A stretch of DNA of 64,000 nucleotides, taken from IMG/VR virus record IMGVR_UViG_3300042090_002148; one strand, given 5' to 3'. The stretch comes from a virus. Every line of letters starts with the position of its first letter. Position 1 is the first letter of the stretch. Position numbers and translations under genes: made by a program. The notes under the pieces were generated by a model that searched no databases, was not told the origin of the DNA, and saw only the letters and a list, made by a program, of their open reading frames with translations. Shown piece after piece: positions 1-8,814 of the stretch.

Positions 1-298
1 CGACCTGTGTGATGGAGCTCAGGTCGAGCGCCTGAAGCGCCACCATCCCTCGGCCCACCAACTCTTCATCGGTGAACCTCGAGGTCTTCCTCGAGGCCTC
101 GGCATGCGCGAAGGAACGAATAGCCTCGGCGTGCGCCTTGTGCCTGCAGGTCGCGATGACCTCTGCCCACTTCTCCGTCGGCTTCGTGCGGTAGCAGACG
201 TGGAACTGGCCCATGTGCTCCACCACGAGCACGCGAGATGTTCCAGGCTCGACCTGGAAGCCACCTCCGATGAGGGTTAGCGTATTGGCGCCGCCCAC
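1..298 (-). CDS. hypothetical protein, truncated by the window edge
   Basis: GTG at 298 overlaps the TAG of the upstream ORF; frame stays open to position 1 (MGGANTLTLIGG...). Confidence 0.5.
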   Translation of the reverse strand, partial: MGGANTLTLIGGGFQVEPGTSRVLVVEHMGQFHVCYRTKPTEKWAEVIATCRHKAHAEAIRSFAHAEASRKTSRFTDEELVGRGMVALQALDLSSITQV

Positions 299-675
299 TA
301 CTTCTTCTCGCGGGGCTTGAGGACGAGGTCGGCATCATCGACCAGGTCGAGAAGCCGCGCCGTCAGGCGACCTGCTCCATACGCCGCCATACTGATGTTG
401 TCGATGGACTTGGTGACGTCACGGGCGCGACCTCGCTCGAACTCGAGTCGCTTCTCCAAGTCCTTGACGGTGTCGCGGAGGTCGCCGATGCGCTGGAGGA
501 GCTCCTCGTTGCGGGTCTGCGCCTCGTCGGTGAGCTTCTGCAGCTGATGACTCTCTTCACGTACATGCTTGAGCTCAGCCTCTAGGACATCTGCGAGCTC
601 AAGGGCCCGCCGAGTCTCTGCAAGACAACGCTCGTGCACCGCTCTACGTCTGTCTATTGTTCTCTTGCTGGGCAT
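298..675 (-). CDS. coiled-coil hypothetical protein
   Basis: GGAGG then ATG at 675; heptad-like LEAELKHVREESHQLQKL. Confidence 0.75.
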   Translation of the reverse strand: MPSKRTIDRRRAVHERCLAETRRALELADVLEAELKHVREESHQLQKLTDEAQTRNEELLQRIGDLRDTVKDLEKRLEFERGRARDVTKSIDNISMAAYGAGRLTARLLDLVDDADLVLKPREKK

Positions 676-872
676 AGAAAGAACCTCCACTGTTCTTGTA
701 CCCGTTCCAGCCGAGGACTTGAGGGCTAAAAAACAGCGCCCGATGGGGCGCTGTTGTCCTTCACGACAGTCCGTTGGTCACCCCACTGACCACGCCCTGG
801 TTATCCTCGGGAGCGGGAGGCTGCCGTTGCCAGCAGTACAGGTGCTTGCGTCTCCAGTGCATTCTACGGGCT

Positions 873-1115
873 TCATGCTCGCCTCCGTGCGACCTTGCGG
901 ACCTGCTTGGGTGGGTGGGCTGCGCGGTGCTCGGCCAGGATGATGGACTTCACCACCATGTCCGCGACCATGCTCAGCGGCAGCGTGTAGATGCGGCGCT
1001 TCTTGTAGACGCGCACGCCGAATGTCTTCGCCTCACGGTCGATGAGGACCGTGCCGTCTTGTACTCCGCCGGCGCCGTCGAGCGCACCGGTTACCTCGAA
1101 TCGTGACGTGCTCAT
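873..1115 (-). CDS. hypothetical protein
   Basis: GGAGGTG SD then ATG at 1115, downstream of a promoter motif. Confidence 0.7.
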   Translation of the reverse strand: MSTSRFEVTGALDGAGGVQDGTVLIDREAKTFGVRVYKKRRIYTLPLSMVADMVVKSIILAEHRAAHPPKQVRKVARRRA

Positions 1116-1192
1116 GAACACCTCCACGATCCTTGTACCGGTTCTGTTGCGCAGATGGACTAAGAGAAAGGGGCCGAAGCCCCTCCCTCACA

Positions 1193-1411
1193 TCAACCAG
1201 AGATCTTGAAGATCTGCAGGCGACCCTCGTCGGTGAGCTTCCAGCCCTTCTTCGTCTGCTTCGCCCACTTGTTCCGCAGAAGAACGCCGATGGTACCGGC
1301 GAGACCTCCGTGAGCCGAGCGCCCGATGATGGTCTCGCTGCGTGGAGTGCCGTGGTCGCGGATGCACTCCATGGCGCGAATCTGAGCTGGCGTTACCTTC
1401 TTTCGACTCAC
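1193..1411 (-). CDS. small winged-helix-like protein
   Basis: 72 aa ending WKLTDEGR, a typical wHTH wing pattern. Confidence 0.5.
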   Translation of the reverse strand: MSRKKVTPAQIRAMECIRDHGTPRSETIIGRSAHGGLAGTIGVLLRNKWAKQTKKGWKLTDEGRLQIFKISG

Positions 1412-1806
1412 GAGAGCAACTCCTTGAGCTCCCTCTTCACGCGCCTCGCCACCGGGCCCTTCCAGAGCGACGCGTTGCAGAGGAAGCGTCGGACGATGTC
1501 CTTCCCGGAGTCGTGACCGAACTTCTCTTCAACGTCGTTCAGATCCTTCATCGCCCGAAGGTAAGGCTCCGCATTGATGGGCACCTTCGCCCAATCCTTC
1601 TTGATCTCGGCGGCGATGACGCTGAGAGCCCGAGGAGCATCAGGCTCTCGGGCGTTGGGTGCGGTGAGCACTGCGTAGAGCCGGCTGATGCAGCCCTCGC
1701 AGTAGTCGAGTTCGTCGTCATGCTCGACTGTTACCCTCACCCCCGGCCTCTTCTTCCGAGCGGTGCAGATGAGGCACTCGGTGACGGTAGCGCGTGCGAA
1801 GACCAT
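1408..1806 (-). CDS. conserved phage hypothetical protein with N-terminal CxxC pairs
   Basis: TGATG overlap with upstream ORF; C-terminal SVIAAEIKKDW...PYLRAM...FLCNASLWKGPVARRVKRELK resembles a phage family recalled from memory. Confidence 0.65.
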   Translation of the reverse strand: MVFARATVTECLICTARKKRPGVRVTVEHDDELDYCEGCISRLYAVLTAPNAREPDAPRALSVIAAEIKKDWAKVPINAEPYLRAMKDLNDVEEKFGHDSGKDIVRRFLCNASLWKGPVARRVKRELKELLS

Positions 1807-2465
1807 CAGTACTCCTCTCCTGGTTCCCATGAGATGGGTCGAAAGGCCTCGGTGAATCCGCGGCCGTACTTCTCGAGCTCCTTGGCCAGTTCGCTGCGTT
1901 GCTTCTCGAGCTCGTCGAGCTCATCTCGCTTCTGCATCATCTGCGTCTTCACGTTGTTCAGCTTCGTGCGTGTCACCACCAGGCCGACCAAGTCAGCGCG
2001 CTCTTCCGGCGACAGATCCGGGAGCATGTACTCCACGGCCGCCTTGGTGGTGAGGCTGATGTGGTGCTCTGCCGGATCCTCACCGTCTTCCCAGGCCTTG
2101 GCGAGCTTCTCGCTGGAGCCGATCTGACCGGTGGCTGCGTGCCACTCCTCGAAGGTGAGACCGTTCTTGTTTCGTTCTGCTTCGGCCATGCGTGTCTTTT
2201 CCTCTTTCGTGGCATTGAGCCACTGATGTGCTGCTGCGAGATGCCTGTGTGCCATCTGATCGCCGAACACCATGTAATCCCGCCCCTCGATGTTCAACAC
2301 AACAGTCCAGTCGTCTCCGCAACGTCTCGGTGGAAACTTCTCGCGGACGATGGCGCAGACGACGATGAAGCGGAACCCCATGAAGCAGTGCAGGGTGTGG
2401 CACACCGTATCTGCCTCAACAGCACGGAGCGGGAGATGGTCAACTCCCGGTGGCAGGATCTTCAT
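1806..2465 (-). CDS. hypothetical protein
   Basis: 219-aa ORF, coupled to neighbours. Confidence 0.7.
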   Translation of the reverse strand: MKILPPGVDHLPLRAVEADTVCHTLHCFMGFRFIVVCAIVREKFPPRRCGDDWTVVLNIEGRDYMVFGDQMAHRHLAAAHQWLNATKEEKTRMAEAERNKNGLTFEEWHAATGQIGSSEKLAKAWEDGEDPAEHHISLTTKAAVEYMLPDLSPEERADLVGLVVTRTKLNNVKTQMMQKRDELDELEKQRSELAKELEKYGRGFTEAFRPISWEPGEEY

Positions 2466-3066
2466 CTTGCTCGATCCTCTCGGCGGCTACATCAGCCACC
2501 CAGAAGTTCACCTTCACGTTCCGGTCAGCCCAGGCCTCGAGCAGTTCGTCGAGCTCCTTCTTGGCCTCGTCCGAGACCTCGGGGAACTCCGCGCTGGCTT
2601 CGCCGCCGTCCGCTGTCTCGGCCATCTGCTCAACCACCCAGTTGGCGTCGGGCACGTAGGCGCTGGGCGGGCTCTGCGTGCCCTCCATGACGTAGAAGTA
2701 GGGCACGTCACCGAACTCGCTGCGCGCCTCCTTGATGGCCTGCTCACGCGTCTCGCACATCCCCGACCAGGTATCGCAGTCGTCGCTCGTGGCGTAGCCC
2801 CAGACCGTCTTGGCCACGACCACGGGGCGCTGGGTGTGTGCTTGCCCGAGCTGGGCCTCGAGGTCCTTCACTTTCGCCCGCTCTTGCGCAAGGTTCGTCT
2901 CGAGCGTCGTGATGAGCCCGCGCTGTGCCTCGAACGCGTTCCACACGCAGGCGTGGCAGAGCGCGGCCTCCTTCGTGTCCGGCGGCTGGCAGCCCTCATC
3001 GAGCCCGTAGACCACGCCGCAGCTGCTGCACTCCCCGTCCCATTCCCACATGAGCTCAGTCGTCAT
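2440..3066 (-). CDS. hypothetical protein, N-terminal CxxC zinc finger plus coiled coil
   Basis: CSSC and CHAC pairs, then coiled coil and acidic tail. Confidence 0.7.
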   Translation of the reverse strand: MTTELMWEWDGECSSCGVVYGLDEGCQPPDTKEAALCHACVWNAFEAQRGLITTLETNLAQERAKVKDLEAQLGQAHTQRPVVVAKTVWGYATSDDCDTWSGMCETREQAIKEARSEFGDVPYFYVMEGTQSPPSAYVPDANWVVEQMAETADGGEASAEFPEVSDEAKKELDELLEAWADRNVKVNFWVADVAAERIEQDEDPATGS

Positions 3067-3508
3067 CTTCCACCTCCTCTAGCAACCGCGCCATCTTCTC
3101 GCTCTGGTACCTCTGGAAACGGACGAGAGCCGTCTTCTGGTCGATGCCCAGGTGATACGAGAGGAACTCCGCCGGGCGCGCGAAGACCTTGTCTCGGTCG
3201 GCCTTGAGCTCGAGAGGCGGCGTCTTGAGCATCCAGAAGGCACCGCGCAACGACTTGCAGACGTTGGCCCTGTAGATGGCCGCGCCGGCGCACTGGATGG
3301 AGAGCCCGCTGTCAGGGGGAGCCACGAGCGTGTGGCAGAGGATGGGAGCGTCGCTGTGCGCGAGGCTCGCCCACTCTTCAGCCGTCATGCTGCCCAGCCA
3401 GCCCGCGACCGCCACGCGCGTCCACGGGCAGTCGGAGCAGGGCTTCTTGTGCTGCTTGGTTGTGACGGTCGCTTCGTCGTCGGTGACTACCAGACGTCTC
3501 TTCGCCAT
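3056..3508 (-). CDS. Cys-rich protein, DUF6283-like
   Basis: KPCSDCPW...CH...CAG spacing. Confidence 0.5.
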   Translation of the reverse strand: MAKRRLVVTDDEATVTTKQHKKPCSDCPWTRVAVAGWLGSMTAEEWASLAHSDAPILCHTLVAPPDSGLSIQCAGAAIYRANVCKSLRGAFWMLKTPPLELKADRDKVFARPAEFLSYHLGIDQKTALVRFQRYQSEKMARLLEEVEDDD

Positions 3509-3615
3509 GCGCGGTACTTCCCCAAGGCGGTCTCATCGACCACCAGGATGTAGGTGAGCGCGCCCGCAGCAGCTCCTGCGAGGCACGCGATGGTGCGGGC
3601 TTGGTCTCGGGTCAT
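3487..3615 (-). CDS. small membrane peptide
   Basis: 42 aa with hydrophobic IACLAGAAAGALTYILVV; ATGA overlap with upstream stop. Confidence 0.45.
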   Translation of the reverse strand: MTRDQARTIACLAGAAAGALTYILVVDETALGKYRAWRRDVW

Positions 3616-3884
3616 CCTGTCTCCTTTGCCGCTGCCTCTTGGGCCTGCTTTACCAGGGCGCGGCGTTCGTCCTCGAGCACCTTCGGGTCGACGTCGCAGT
3701 ACTGCATGTAGAGCCACTCGATGTCGCGCTCGTAGATTCGGGCGTACTCGCCGTCCTCCAACCGCTGGCAAAGCATGACTCCCTTCTCCTCGAGGGCGTC
3801 GAGAAAAGCTGTGATGATGGCTTGATCTCCACGAGCTGCGGCCCAGCGCTCGCACATCGGTGTGGACAGCTCGGACTTGGCCAT
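3612..3884 (-). CDS. hypothetical protein
   Basis: promoter motif plus GGAGG SD before ATG 3884. Confidence 0.7.
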   Translation of the reverse strand: MAKSELSTPMCERWAAARGDQAIITAFLDALEEKGVMLCQRLEDGEYARIYERDIEWLYMQYCDVDPKVLEDERRALVKQAQEAAAKETG

Positions 3885-3965
3885 GTGTAAAACCTCCATG
3901 ACCCTTGTCCCGGCTTTCGCACGAAACTGACGGCTAAGAAGAAGCCCACGTGGGGCTTCTCTCTG

Positions 3966-4160
3966 TCATGCCTTCCTGAGCGTGAACCCGGAACGTCGCA
4001 GTTTCTCGTCCTCGTAGATGCGGGCCAGCGAGATCATGACCCGCCTGCCCGGCACGTTCTCGCAGACCGCCTTCGCATCGCCCACGGAGAGAACATTCAG
4101 CGTGCGCCCGGGGCAGCGCGGGTCGTTGTCGATGAGTGTGTCGCCTACTTCCACGGCCAT
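3966..4160 (-). CDS. hypothetical protein
   Basis: 64 aa, followed by a TTAGC terminator. Confidence 0.65.
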   Translation of the reverse strand: MAVEVGDTLIDNDPRCPGRTLNVLSVGDAKAVCENVPGRRVMISLARIYEDEKLRRSGFTLRKA

Positions 4161-4384
4161 CAGTTGATCTCCGCCTCCGCTTTGTCCAGGGCGGCCTCGA
4201 GCTCTTTCGCGAAGCCGGGGCCTCGCGTCTTGAACGCCTCATCGAGCGCGTCGTTCATCGCCTTCGCCTCGGGGCCGCAGGTGCTACACCAGTAGATGTA
4301 CGCGCCCTCGGCGTCGGTGAAGTCCATCGTGTACTCGGGGTCAGCGAGTGCCCCACAGTCCTTGCACGTGTGTGGCTCGCTCAC
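4160..4384 (-). CDS. zinc-ribbon hypothetical protein
   Basis: CKDC...CSTC. Confidence 0.65.
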   Translation of the reverse strand: MSEPHTCKDCGALADPEYTMDFTDAEGAYIYWCSTCGPEAKAMNDALDEAFKTRGPGFAKELEAALDKAEAEIN

Positions 4385-4590
4385 CGGATGAACTTCGTCT
4401 CGCCGACGATGTTGTGGACGGTCCCGTCAAAGACAGTGCCCTTGGGCATGAGGTGGCAGTTGTCCCGGTCGAAGATGCCCGCCTTTGCGAGCTCCTCGTT
4501 CTGCTTCTCGGGGCCGAAGATGTCCTCTGCCGTCTCGCCTGCCTTGAGCCGCTCCGTGATGGAGGGCGCCTTCCTACGCTTCTTTCCCAC
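4381..4590 (-). CDS. hypothetical protein
   Basis: 69-aa ORF overlapping both neighbours. Confidence 0.55.
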   Translation of the reverse strand: MGKKRRKAPSITERLKAGETAEDIFGPEKQNEELAKAGIFDRDNCHLMPKGTVFDGTVHNIVGETKFIR

Positions 4591-5005
4591 CAGCTGCCCC
4601 CTCTTCCTGCTTCTTCTTGAGGAGCTTCGCAGCTTCCTCCTCGGCGCTCTTCAGCACGGCCTCGACGATGTTGAAGGCCTGGGCTGCGGCCATGACCCCC
4701 ATCATCGCCACGCGCTTGCGGTCTCCCAGGAGACGGTGGAGCGTGACGAGGCACATGCCCCACTTCTCCGAGATGATGCGGAGCGTCTTGTTCTCTTCCT
4801 GGAGGTCCGCGATGATCTTCCGAAGCGAGTCGACAGTCTCCTCCGGCGAAGGCACCCACACGTCGGAGTGAGGCGGAGACGGCAGGGTCTCCATGTCCTT
4901 GCGTGTGGGTGCCTCGCGGATCTCGAGGGCCTTCTTTGCAAGCTCGGCTCGCTCCTCGAAGTCCTCCGGTGTCATCACGGCCTTCGGTTCTTCATCACCC
5001 GGCAT
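4574..5005 (-). CDS. hypothetical protein
   Basis: ATG 5005 (MPGDEEP) overlaps the upstream stop. Confidence 0.6.
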   Translation of the reverse strand: MPGDEEPKAVMTPEDFEERAELAKKALEIREAPTRKDMETLPSPPHSDVWVPSPEETVDSLRKIIADLQEENKTLRIISEKWGMCLVTLHRLLGDRKRVAMMGVMAAAQAFNIVEAVLKSAEEEAAKLLKKKQEEGAAGGKEA

Positions 5006-5307
5006 CACGCTCCTCCGTTCCGCTTCCTGTAGTCCTCGTCCTCTGCGATGAGGGTCTGCAGCCGCTTCGCACCATAGCGCGCCTCGATGAGCTTGAAACA
5101 CTCTTCGAGCGTGACGGTCACAGCTTCGGGGCCACAGAAGTCCGCCGGCACCGTGAACACCTTGGCGGTCTTGTCGTACTCGACGACTTCGAGCATGCGC
5201 CAGAACGGCCTTCGACCGTTGTCGAGCCTTCCCTCATCGACGAGAGTGTCCCAGTACGCCATGAGAGCCTGGCGCACCAGATGGTAGGCGCTGAGGCCCG
5301 TGATCAC
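5005..5307 (-). CDS. hypothetical protein
   Basis: AAGGAG SD then GTG 5307. Confidence 0.6.
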   Translation of the reverse strand: MITGLSAYHLVRQALMAYWDTLVDEGRLDNGRRPFWRMLEVVEYDKTAKVFTVPADFCGPEAVTVTLEECFKLIEARYGAKRLQTLIAEDEDYRKRNGGA

Positions 5308-5510
5308 CTTGTCTTCTCCTTGGTGACTCTTGCGAATCCGACTCTGTTCCCGTTGATGTCGCGCAGGTTCGTCTCCTCGAAGACGCGGATGCCCGGGTCC
5401 GCGCAAACGATGCCGAGGACCTGCTCTTTGAAGATGCGGTGCACCTCCGTCCGCTTCCTACCTGCGGTGAAGGCGTCGTTGTCCATCTCGATCTCGATGA
5501 TGAGCTTCAT
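5304..5510 (-). CDS. hypothetical protein
   Basis: ATG 5510 (MKLIIEIEMDND), ATGA overlap. Confidence 0.65.
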   Translation of the reverse strand: MKLIIEIEMDNDAFTAGRKRTEVHRIFKEQVLGIVCADPGIRVFEETNLRDINGNRVGFARVTKEKTR

Positions 5511-5935
5511 CCGTGCCTCCTTGAGGGACGTCCCTTTGTTCCGAGCAGGTCCTTGCACGACGCCTCAAGCTGGTCGAGAAGCACGCGCATGTACTCGCTC
5601 TCTTCACCCACGCGCAGCAGAGCTGCAGCCACGGCCTTCTCGGGCGTTGTGCCCTCCACGACGAAGCGCTCCGCATAGACCCTAAACAGCCTCTTGCCGT
5701 GCTGATGCAGGTCAAGCAAACCGGTACTGTCCATGACGGACCAGTACCAGGTGCCGTTCTCCCAGGTACGCACCTTCCAGCCCTTCCCGAGGCGCTTCGC
5801 GAGCGCCCAGCCCTCCTTGACGGCCTGCTGATAGGCCGCCCACGTGCAACCGAACCCACACCCTAGCGAACAGTACTTCGTCCCTCGACGCCGCGGCTTC
5901 CGGCGGTCCAACTCCTTCTTCTTCTTGGCAGCCAT
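5507..5935 (-). CDS. hypothetical protein
   Basis: promoter motif plus GGAGG SD; CSLGCGFGC. Confidence 0.7.
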   Translation of the reverse strand: MAAKKKKELDRRKPRRRGTKYCSLGCGFGCTWAAYQQAVKEGWALAKRLGKGWKVRTWENGTWYWSVMDSTGLLDLHQHGKRLFRVYAERFVVEGTTPEKAVAAALLRVGEESEYMRVLLDQLEASCKDLLGTKGRPSRRHG

Positions 5936-6018
5936 GTTGTTCCTCCGCGGTCCTTGTCCCGCGTTTCAGAGGAGATTGGCTAAGCAAAAGAACAAGGCCC
6001 GCCGAAGCGGGCCACGCT

Positions 6019-6471
6019 CTACTTCTTCAGCAGGAGATCCCAGCTGACCTCGTCCGTGCGCACACCGCGGTCGATGCGCTCAAGAATGCTGTAGAAGCTC
6101 ACTCCGCGCTCAGTGATGACGAGCTGTTCGCAATCAGCGCTCTCGGCGCAGTGATTGAAGTCCACACCCTTGGCGTCCCCGGGTAGCACTCGTGCATCGG
6201 GCACGCGAAGAAAGCCCTCGGTCTCGAACTCCTGGATCTCCACCTCCGTGAGGAAGTCCTCGAAGTCCACATCACCGTCCTCGTAGAAGTAGGCCGGATG
6301 CGACCAGAACCACATCTCGTAGATCTGGTCGCTCCTGCTCTTCACCATCTGGAAGAGCTCTCTCTTCTCGAGGAGCTCTTTGACATCTGCGTCGTCGAGA
6401 ACAACCCAGGCCCAACCAGCCCACGCGTCATCGTCGAACTCCTGTTGCATCGCTCGAATCATGGACCTCAT
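6019..6471 (-). CDS. acidic hypothetical protein
   Basis: 150 aa, followed by terminator. Confidence 0.7.
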   Translation of the reverse strand: MRSMIRAMQQEFDDDAWAGWAWVVLDDADVKELLEKRELFQMVKSRSDQIYEMWFWSHPAYFYEDGDVDFEDFLTEVEIQEFETEGFLRVPDARVLPGDAKGVDFNHCAESADCEQLVITERGVSFYSILERIDRGVRTDEVSWDLLLKK

Positions 6472-6659
6472 GTGCTCACCACTCCTTTACTCCTGCAGTC
6501 CTCGCACTTCATCCTGTCCGTACCTCCGGCGTGAGACTCCTCTACACGTCCAGTCCCTCCGCAACGCCTGCACTTCTTGGTCGTGAGAGTCGCGACCTTC
6601 TTCGTCAGGGCCGCAACCTGCTTCTCGAGCGCTGTAATCCGCTCTCCGTCCGACGTCAT
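6468..6659 (-). CDS. small protein with DnaJ-type CxxCxGxG zinc finger
   Basis: CRRCGGTG...CEDCRSKG. Confidence 0.65.
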   Translation of the reverse strand: MTSDGERITALEKQVAALTKKVATLTTKKCRRCGGTGRVEESHAGGTDRMKCEDCRSKGVVST

Positions 6660-6687
6660 GCACTCACCTCGTAGATGATGTCGCCGC

Positions 6688-7095
6688 TCATTCCCGTACG
6701 CCTATAAGCCTGAGCGTCATCGCCTCCTGTTCCGTGAGAACTTGACGAAACTCCTGCATGCCAACGTCCTCCTTCTCGACGATCTTCCGGATGAGTGCAT
6801 GTGAGCCTATATGCGGTTCCAGATGCAAAAGCGCGGCAGCGAAGCCCTTGTAGTACTCGCTCTGGTACTCATCGAGTCTGACCCCACCTCGATGGCGAGC
6901 TCGATTGCGCGCTTCCTTGTTCTTGATGCGCGCATCACGAGCAGCCTGCCTTTGGTTGTCCGCGGCGAACCGTCCGCAGTTAGGACAACGCTTCGGATAC
7001 TTCTGTCCTGGCTTCTTGTCTGGCTCGATGCTCTCGAAAGAACAACCGAGACACACAACTGTCTGTGCATCTTCGAGCTGGCTACGCTGACCCAT
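6688..7095 (-). CDS. zinc-ribbon hypothetical protein
   Basis: CLGC...CPNCG. Confidence 0.65.
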   Translation of the reverse strand: MGQRSQLEDAQTVVCLGCSFESIEPDKKPGQKYPKRCPNCGRFAADNQRQAARDARIKNKEARNRARHRGGVRLDEYQSEYYKGFAAALLHLEPHIGSHALIRKIVEKEDVGMQEFRQVLTEQEAMTLRLIGVRE

Positions 7096-7120
7096 CAGCC
7101 TGTCTTCCTTCCAAGCTGCC

Positions 7121-7501
7121 TCATCGAGTGGGCGTCCTGTTGGTAGTGATGTACCTGATCTCGCGGATGGTTGCGTTGAGTTCGCTGTCGTACTCCTTCT
7201 TCAAGGCATGCTCCACAGCAGGAACAACCTCGAAGGCAAAGCGCAGCTCAAGCCGCGCGTCTTCCATGCTGTTTGCGTAGCAGCGTCGCCAGTTCAGTGC
7301 TCTATGCAGTAGCTGACGCACCTGCTCGGCAGAGAGTGGGCCCAGCCCGTCGCCTCTCCGCACAACCCCGCCGATCTCTTTGTAGGTCAGGCCGCGGCTG
7401 AACAACCGCAGGGCCAGATCGAGGTCATCCTTGGTGCGCTCGTTGTGGTGGCGGTATTCATCACTCCTCGCCATCAACGCCCTCATCTCTGGGCTGCGCA
7501 T
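7121..7501 (-). CDS. sigma-70 region-4-like HTH protein
   Basis: GLTYKEIG...SAEQVRQLLHRAL resembles TLEEIG...SRERVRQIEAKAL of sigma region 4.2. Confidence 0.55.
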   Translation of the reverse strand: MRSPEMRALMARSDEYRHHNERTKDDLDLALRLFSRGLTYKEIGGVVRRGDGLGPLSAEQVRQLLHRALNWRRCYANSMEDARLELRFAFEVVPAVEHALKKEYDSELNATIREIRYITTNRTPTR

Positions 7502-7746
7502 CAGCCCGTCTTCCTTCCAAGCTTCGCCACCGGGAAGCGCACGTTCATGGTCTTCACGACCTTCTCGAACTGTTCGGGCGTGAGCTCGAAGAGCTGCATC
7601 TGGCCCACTGGTGCGGTGAGCCAGGACTCGGTGTTGAAGTGGCCGACCTTCGAGTAGTCGTCCGTGTACATCGCCTGAACGATCGCGCACATAGGGCGAA
7701 GCTCGGTCATGTCGAAAACAAGACGCACCGGGGTAGAGACGAGCAT
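7501..7746 (-). CDS. hypothetical protein
   Basis: promoter motif plus GGAGG before ATG 7746. Confidence 0.65.
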   Translation of the reverse strand: MLVSTPVRLVFDMTELRPMCAIVQAMYTDDYSKVGHFNTESWLTAPVGQMQLFELTPEQFEKVVKTMNVRFPVAKLGRKTG

Positions 7747-7823
7747 GTGAAACCTCCACAACCCTTATCTCTGAAGAGCAGGCGAAGTTGAGGGGCTAAG
7801 AAGAAGCCCGAAGGCTTCTCTCG

Positions 7824-8231
7824 TTATCGCTTTCTGATAACAGCCTGCGCCGGCACTCCGGTAGGGAAGGTGCGCATGCGCGTCTCCGCTGGGCGCCATT
7901 CCTCGGAAACAACCACCACAGGAGCGGCCTGCCCACGATCTCGGAAGAGAAGAGGGCTGCGCTCACGCCGCATCTTTTGGTTGCAATCGGCGTGTAACAG
8001 AATGGGCCCTTCTACACCCTCCACGCGCGTGAGCTTGCCGTCTAGGCCGCAATACGTACATATCAATGGCCTTTCCTTCCACCCGACTTTCTTGAGGTAC
8101 GCTGCTGCTCCCCGGAGACCGCCGTGCTCATGAAACAACTTGATGACGGACTTACGGCTGAGTGTTTTGTCCAAATCGAAGCGCCACGTCAATTCGTCAA
8201 TCAACTGTTTTTCGGCCCTCGGATAACTCAT
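7824..8231 (-). CDS. hypothetical protein
   Basis: promoter motif, SD and terminator bracket the ORF; CTYC...HADC. Confidence 0.7.
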   Translation of the reverse strand: MSYPRAEKQLIDELTWRFDLDKTLSRKSVIKLFHEHGGLRGAAAYLKKVGWKERPLICTYCGLDGKLTRVEGVEGPILLHADCNQKMRRERSPLLFRDRGQAAPVVVVSEEWRPAETRMRTFPTGVPAQAVIRKR

Positions 8232-8280
8232 GTGAACACCTCCGCTATCCTTGTCTCTGGATGGCGAAGGAAGTTGAGAA

Positions 8281-8478
8281 CTAGTTCGGCGCGTCTGTCT
8301 CTTCTACCTCGAGCACGTTGTCTTCGAAGTCGCCGTAGAGCATGAACTCCTCGCCGCACATGGGGCACGAGAACAAGAGGGTGAGCTTGCCTGTCGCGTT
8401 GCCGTTCTCCGTCTCGGCGTGAAGGTCTTGGGGCGGCTTCCAGCCACACGTGCAGACCAGCTGCTCTTCCTCAGACAT
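8281..8478 (-). CDS. zinc-ribbon hypothetical protein
   Basis: CTCG...CPMCG. Confidence 0.65.
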   Translation of the reverse strand: MSEEEQLVCTCGWKPPQDLHAETENGNATGKLTLLFSCPMCGEEFMLYGDFEDNVLEVEETDAPN

Positions 8479-8800
8479 GATCAGCGGCTACTGCCGGATG
8501 CCACGTCTCATCGACGCTCTTCATCACGGGATGCTCAGGAGACTGTGTGTACGTCACCTTGAGCTCGAGGACTGAGACTCCCGTAGGAAGCATGCGGCAC
8601 TCATCTGCGGCCGTGCCTTCTTCTCCTCGGAACTCTCGCTTGTAGTCGCGACGCACACTGAATGACGCCTCAAGTTTCGCTTCAGGTTCTTCACTCATCT
8701 GGATGTCGTGCGTCCTGCCGTCGCGGTACGTGATGCGCACCTCTACCTTTGTGATGGGCTCGGTCTCGAAGGTCTCTACCTTATGCGTCGCATCGGCCAT
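8471..8800 (-). CDS. hypothetical protein
   Basis: 109-aa ORF. Confidence 0.65.
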   Translation of the reverse strand: MADATHKVETFETEPITKVEVRITYRDGRTHDIQMSEEPEAKLEASFSVRRDYKREFRGEEGTAADECRMLPTGVSVLELKVTYTQSPEHPVMKSVDETWHPAVAADHV

Positions 8801-8814
8801 GTCGTTCTTCTACG

